Assembly: GCA_965140415.1 (NCBI GenBank)
Contig: OZ223209.1
Span: 928,001-992,000 of the forward strand
Source: Myxococcota bacterium
GTDB lineage: Bacteria > Myxococcota_A > SURF-8
DNA length: 64,000 nt
Direction: 5' to 3'
In this document: positions 60,889 through 64,000 of the stretch, one piece after another
How positions within the stretch are numbered: position 1 is the first letter of the stretch
How the letters are laid out: every line of letters starts with the position of its first letter
The notes under the pieces: generated by a model
What the model saw: the letters and a program-made list of their open reading frames with translations, nothing else
Databases searched by the model: none
Told to the model about the DNA's origin: nothing
Position numbers and translations under genes: made by a program

Positions 60889-62703
60889 ATGAGCGAGAAG
60901 AAAACGAAGTTAACGGTAATCGAAGGCGGAGCGCTTCATTCCAACGAAGCCATCGCAGAAATGTTTCCAACCTATGCGAACCTGAATTTGAGTGAAGCGG
61001 AGATCAATGCACTCGATTTCAGCGGTCGTTGCGAGTTGCTTTCGGATTTGAATTACCGTCACAAATATCAACTGCTGCGAAGAGCGGACGATACCGGTGA
61101 ACTGGTGCGCAGCATGCCTGCGGAAGATCTGTTTTTTACAATGGAAGTCGCTGGGCGAACTGATGCCATCGATTTATTCATGGAAGCAACGCCTGCTCAG
61201 ATGACCCACATCTTCGATCTGACATGCTGGCATAACGATGATATGATCGCGGAGGAACTACTGGACTGGCTCGGCTATATGGTCATGATCGATCCGTCCG
61301 ACGCGATGGATAAACTGGAGCAACTCGACTCGGAAATTCTGATCGCCATGCTATCCAAACAGATCCGGGTGCATCGCTTCGAATGGTCCGACGACCGCCG
61401 CTACATTGATGATGACAGCCTATTCAGCTTCGATGACATCTACCTGTTCGAACTACTCGACCCTGAAAACAACAGAAACGAACGCTTAAGCGTCTTTTTA
61501 CAAATGCTCTATCGCTTGAAATTCGATCTGTACCAGACCGTGATGGAAACTCTGGTGTGGGAGTTGTCTAGCAATCTTGAAGAATTAACTTATCGGGCGC
61601 ACAGCGACCGCATGTCCGACAACGGTTATCCCGAATACCTGGATTCGATTTCGCTGTTTGCACCGCTGAACCCGGAAGCGCTTCGCAAGAAAGTGGCTTC
61701 CATGTCGCCGCAGCCCAAGCGTGTTGCCGGAGGACGTGAAAACGTTCCGGCCTTTTTCGGAAAGATGTTGGATGCCGACAGCTTTCTCGTGCGCGTTCTG
61801 CTGCAAGGTGACGATGACTTACGGGAGCGTATTCAACCCGAGCTGGTGATTCTGGGCAACCGCATTCTGATCGCTCGCAAAGCGCTTGATGACATCGACA
61901 AAGTGCACGATGCGCTGGATGAAGCCCAGTATACAAGTTCGGTGGGCTTGGAATGGCTCAGCGAGCAAGATCCGAAAAGGGCAGGCGAGTTACTGTTGTC
62001 ATTACCCCTGGTCGAGATTTTCCGCTGTGGTTACAGTTTGGTGTTGCAACTGCAAAAGAAAGCGGCAGATTTTCGCCGCAATCAACTGGAACCATACGGG
62101 CAAAAGATCATGGGGCTGATTTCTTCTCCTACGCGCGAAACGCTCATGGCGCTGGCGCAACGGCCACCGCTGTACTTCGAGGGACAGTCTCTGCGGCAAA
62201 CCCCGATTTCAAGACCTTTCCGGGCGTTGGCTGAAATCGAGAAGGTTCAGGTTTTATTGGCGCGCATCGAGTTTCTGTTCGATCTGCATTTCCGCCTGCT
62301 GGCGCAGGATATCAAGCAGATCTTGCAGGGACATGCACCCATCAATCTGGAGCCATTGGACCCCGACATTCGTTTCGTGAAGATTTTCCTGACGCTGTGT
62401 GCGCATGGCTTGCAAGGCCAAGAGGCAGCTTATCGTCCGTTGGATACTGATTCGTTCGAAGCGTTTTTAACGCAGTGGCTCGAACCCCGCAGCGAAGGCG
62501 GTTTCCAGGTTCGCGAAGAATTGTATGCAGAGGTTCAAACCTGGCTGAATCGCTACCTTGCTGCCGAGAGCGAACAGTATCAATATTTGGCACAACAATG
62601 GGCGCAGCGCACTGTCGGCGTGCTTAACCAACTGGCGGCGGAGTTACGCGAACTCTCTTCCCGCATGGCTATTTCCTTGTCGCAGGTGTTGTTGCTGGGA
62701 TAG
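60889..62703 (+). CDS. Conserved deltaproteobacterial protein (DUF6178-like)
   Basis: 604 aa with LVR..P..DLF, Q..H.FDL.CW, TY....RM.D.GYP and FR.GYS motifs. Family recognised from memory only. Confidence 0.7.
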   Translation: MSEKKTKLTVIEGGALHSNEAIAEMFPTYANLNLSEAEINALDFSGRCELLSDLNYRHKYQLLRRADDTGELVRSMPAEDLFFTMEVAGRTDAIDLFMEATPAQMTHIFDLTCWHNDDMIAEELLDWLGYMVMIDPSDAMDKLEQLDSEILIAMLSKQIRVHRFEWSDDRRYIDDDSLFSFDDIYLFELLDPENNRNERLSVFLQMLYRLKFDLYQTVMETLVWELSSNLEELTYRAHSDRMSDNGYPEYLDSISLFAPLNPEALRKKVASMSPQPKRVAGGRENVPAFFGKMLDADSFLVRVLLQGDDDLRERIQPELVILGNRILIARKALDDIDKVHDALDEAQYTSSVGLEWLSEQDPKRAGELLLSLPLVEIFRCGYSLVLQLQKKAADFRRNQLEPYGQKIMGLISSPTRETLMALAQRPPLYFEGQSLRQTPISRPFRALAEIEKVQVLLARIEFLFDLHFRLLAQDIKQILQGHAPINLEPLDPDIRFVKIFLTLCAHGLQGQEAAYRPLDTDSFEAFLTQWLEPRSEGGFQVREELYAEVQTWLNRYLAAESEQYQYLAQQWAQRTVGVLNQLAAELRELSSRMAISLSQVLLLG

Positions 62704-62707
62704 GAAT

Positions 62708-62732
62708 TGTCGGGTCGTATGACCCAACCTAC
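62708..62732 (-). repeat. REP-like palindrome, family A
   Basis: Minus strand GTAGGTTGGGTCATACGACCCGACA. Confidence 0.8.
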
Positions 62733-62761
62733 CCTGAAAATAGATCGCAGTACAATCTTCC

Positions 62762-62800
62762 AAAAAGAAAAACCCCCGAACCGGTAAGGGATCGGGGGTC
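62762..62800 (-). terminator. Rho-independent terminator of the LysM gene
   Basis: Minus strand GACCCCCGA...TCGGGGGT-TTTTCTTTTT. Confidence 0.75.
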
Positions 62801-62822
62801 ATATCTTGCGTAGAATTGCGGA

Positions 62823-64000
62823 TCAGTAATTCTTCTCCATCACCACGCGGTCGCCGATCTTCAATTCGATCAGGCTGCGTGTAACCAGCGCCACGCTGGT
62901 GTCGGAACCGGCGGAGAGTACGATCATCTCACCGATTTTTTCATAGGGCAGTTCGTCGTTGTCGAAACCTTCATCGTAGTCGGTGGGGTCCGATTGGCGC
63001 ACGGCAAACAGGCGGTTGCCTTCCTCGATGCCCTGGCTGATGCCCTTGTCCAGGAAGATGACCTGGTTTTCCGTCATGAATACGGTTTCCAAGAATTTTT
63101 CAACAATGTAGCCGCTCAGCGTGGTTTTGTTACGACGCGGGCGAATGTCTTTGACCGGGTTTTTCCAGGGGCGTACCAGATCGCCACGGTTGATGGCATC
63201 GAAACTCGAAAGGATCTGAGCGGTAACGGTGTTTTTGCCGATGCGCTTGATGACGCAGCGCCCTAGAATCTTGATCTTGTAACCGATGTCTTTGCCGGTG
63301 ACCGGATGCTCGACTTCGCCTAAATTGCGGAAAATCTGATAGGTCTGGCCGATGGAAAACTGGTTGATGTTTTCCGGATCGATATAGAACGTATCGTAGT
63401 CGGTCAGATCGATCTTTTCCTCTTTCGCGTTTGCAATGACTCCAGAGAAACGCAATTCGTTCTTCGCGATAAAGCCATCACGTCTAAAGTTGTAGAAGTT
63501 GAACGCGGAGGATTGCACCTTGGTGAGGTACTGTTCGAGCTGATACTTGCCGCCTTCCACAACCTGTCCCCAGGATTCTTCATCCATCACTTCGGGAATG
63601 GTCGCCAGATCTTCGGCGGAAGTCTGATCCTGCATTTCCACCAACGTTCCGCCCATGCCGGCCTGCTGGAAGTAAATCACGTTACCCGGATAGATCCAGT
63701 GCGGGTTGGCGATTTGAGGATTCATCGCCCACACTTTCTGCCAGTACCAGGGATTGCCAAGCAAGCGCCCGCAGATGTCCCACATGGTGTCGCCCGACTG
63801 CACCGTGTATTGATCGATCCGTTCCGCGTTGACCGGCGGCAGATCCTGGCCGGTGGTGCGAACGTCGCCGTACATGCTGTCGCCGGAAAATTCGTCGGCG
63901 CTTTGCGGTTGCGAACCGCCGTCCTGCATGTCATAGCGATTATCCAAAGCCTGCTGAGCCGAGGCAATCCCCGCAATAAAAGTGAGGATCGTTGCCGCGA
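62823..64000 (-). CDS. LysM peptidoglycan-binding protein (TsaP-like, type IV pilus secretin-associated), start lies beyond the window
   Basis: YTVQSGDTMWDI...NPW.W..VW..NPQI.NPH.IYPG. The frame stays open to the window end through a signal-peptide-like segment (AATILTFIAGIASA). Confidence 0.85.
   Translation of the reverse strand, partial: AATILTFIAGIASAQQALDNRYDMQDGGSQPQSADEFSGDSMYGDVRTTGQDLPPVNAERIDQYTVQSGDTMWDICGRLLGNPWYWQKVWAMNPQIANPHWIYPGNVIYFQQAGMGGTLVEMQDQTSAEDLATIPEVMDEESWGQVVEGGKYQLEQYLTKVQSSAFNFYNFRRDGFIAKNELRFSGVIANAKEEKIDLTDYDTFYIDPENINQFSIGQTYQIFRNLGEVEHPVTGKDIGYKIKILGRCVIKRIGKNTVTAQILSSFDAINRGDLVRPWKNPVKDIRPRRNKTTLSGYIVEKFLETVFMTENQVIFLDKGISQGIEEGNRLFAVRQSDPTDYDEGFDNDELPYEKIGEMIVLSAGSDTSVALVTRSLIELKIGDRVVMEKNY

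Noticed and set aside
60569-60970. N-terminal extension of the 323-aa ORF 59999..60970
   Set aside because: Overlaps the divergent gene start. The signal peptide and lipobox begin at ATG 60568

Overview
Bacterial chromosomal window, apparently from a Myxococcota/Deltaproteobacteria-like organism. This is inferred from TIGR02266-type PilZ proteins, a giant AgmK-like TPR protein, a DUF6178-like protein, a TsaP-like LysM protein and an OM protein/ECF sigma/FecR-TPR triad. Most of it is housekeeping: rfbB, a split complex I operon (nuoEFG-JKLMN, with no nuoA-D/H/I in the window), dprA-topA-trmFO, an acyl-CoA dehydrogenase, clpP-clpX-lon, and ribF with two glycosyltransferases and an Hsp33-like gene. 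There is one IS4-family element with clear terminal inverted repeats and two families of GTAG-type REP palindromes. The most unusual part is the accessory stretch at about 35.7-42.8 kb. It holds an orphan His-Xaa-Ser (16 repeats) RiPP-precursor-like gene with no maturase in the window, a sigma54 promoter with phased enhancer-like palindromes, and an unannotated highly structured intergenic element (four-way junction, GNRA loops on the minus strand). It also holds a DGD-repeat metal-motif lipoprotein and a TrmO/TsaA methyltransferase fused to a ~190-aa tail of about 40% histidine. No rRNA, tRNA or CRISPR array was found. All calls come from reading motifs by eye; no database search was run.
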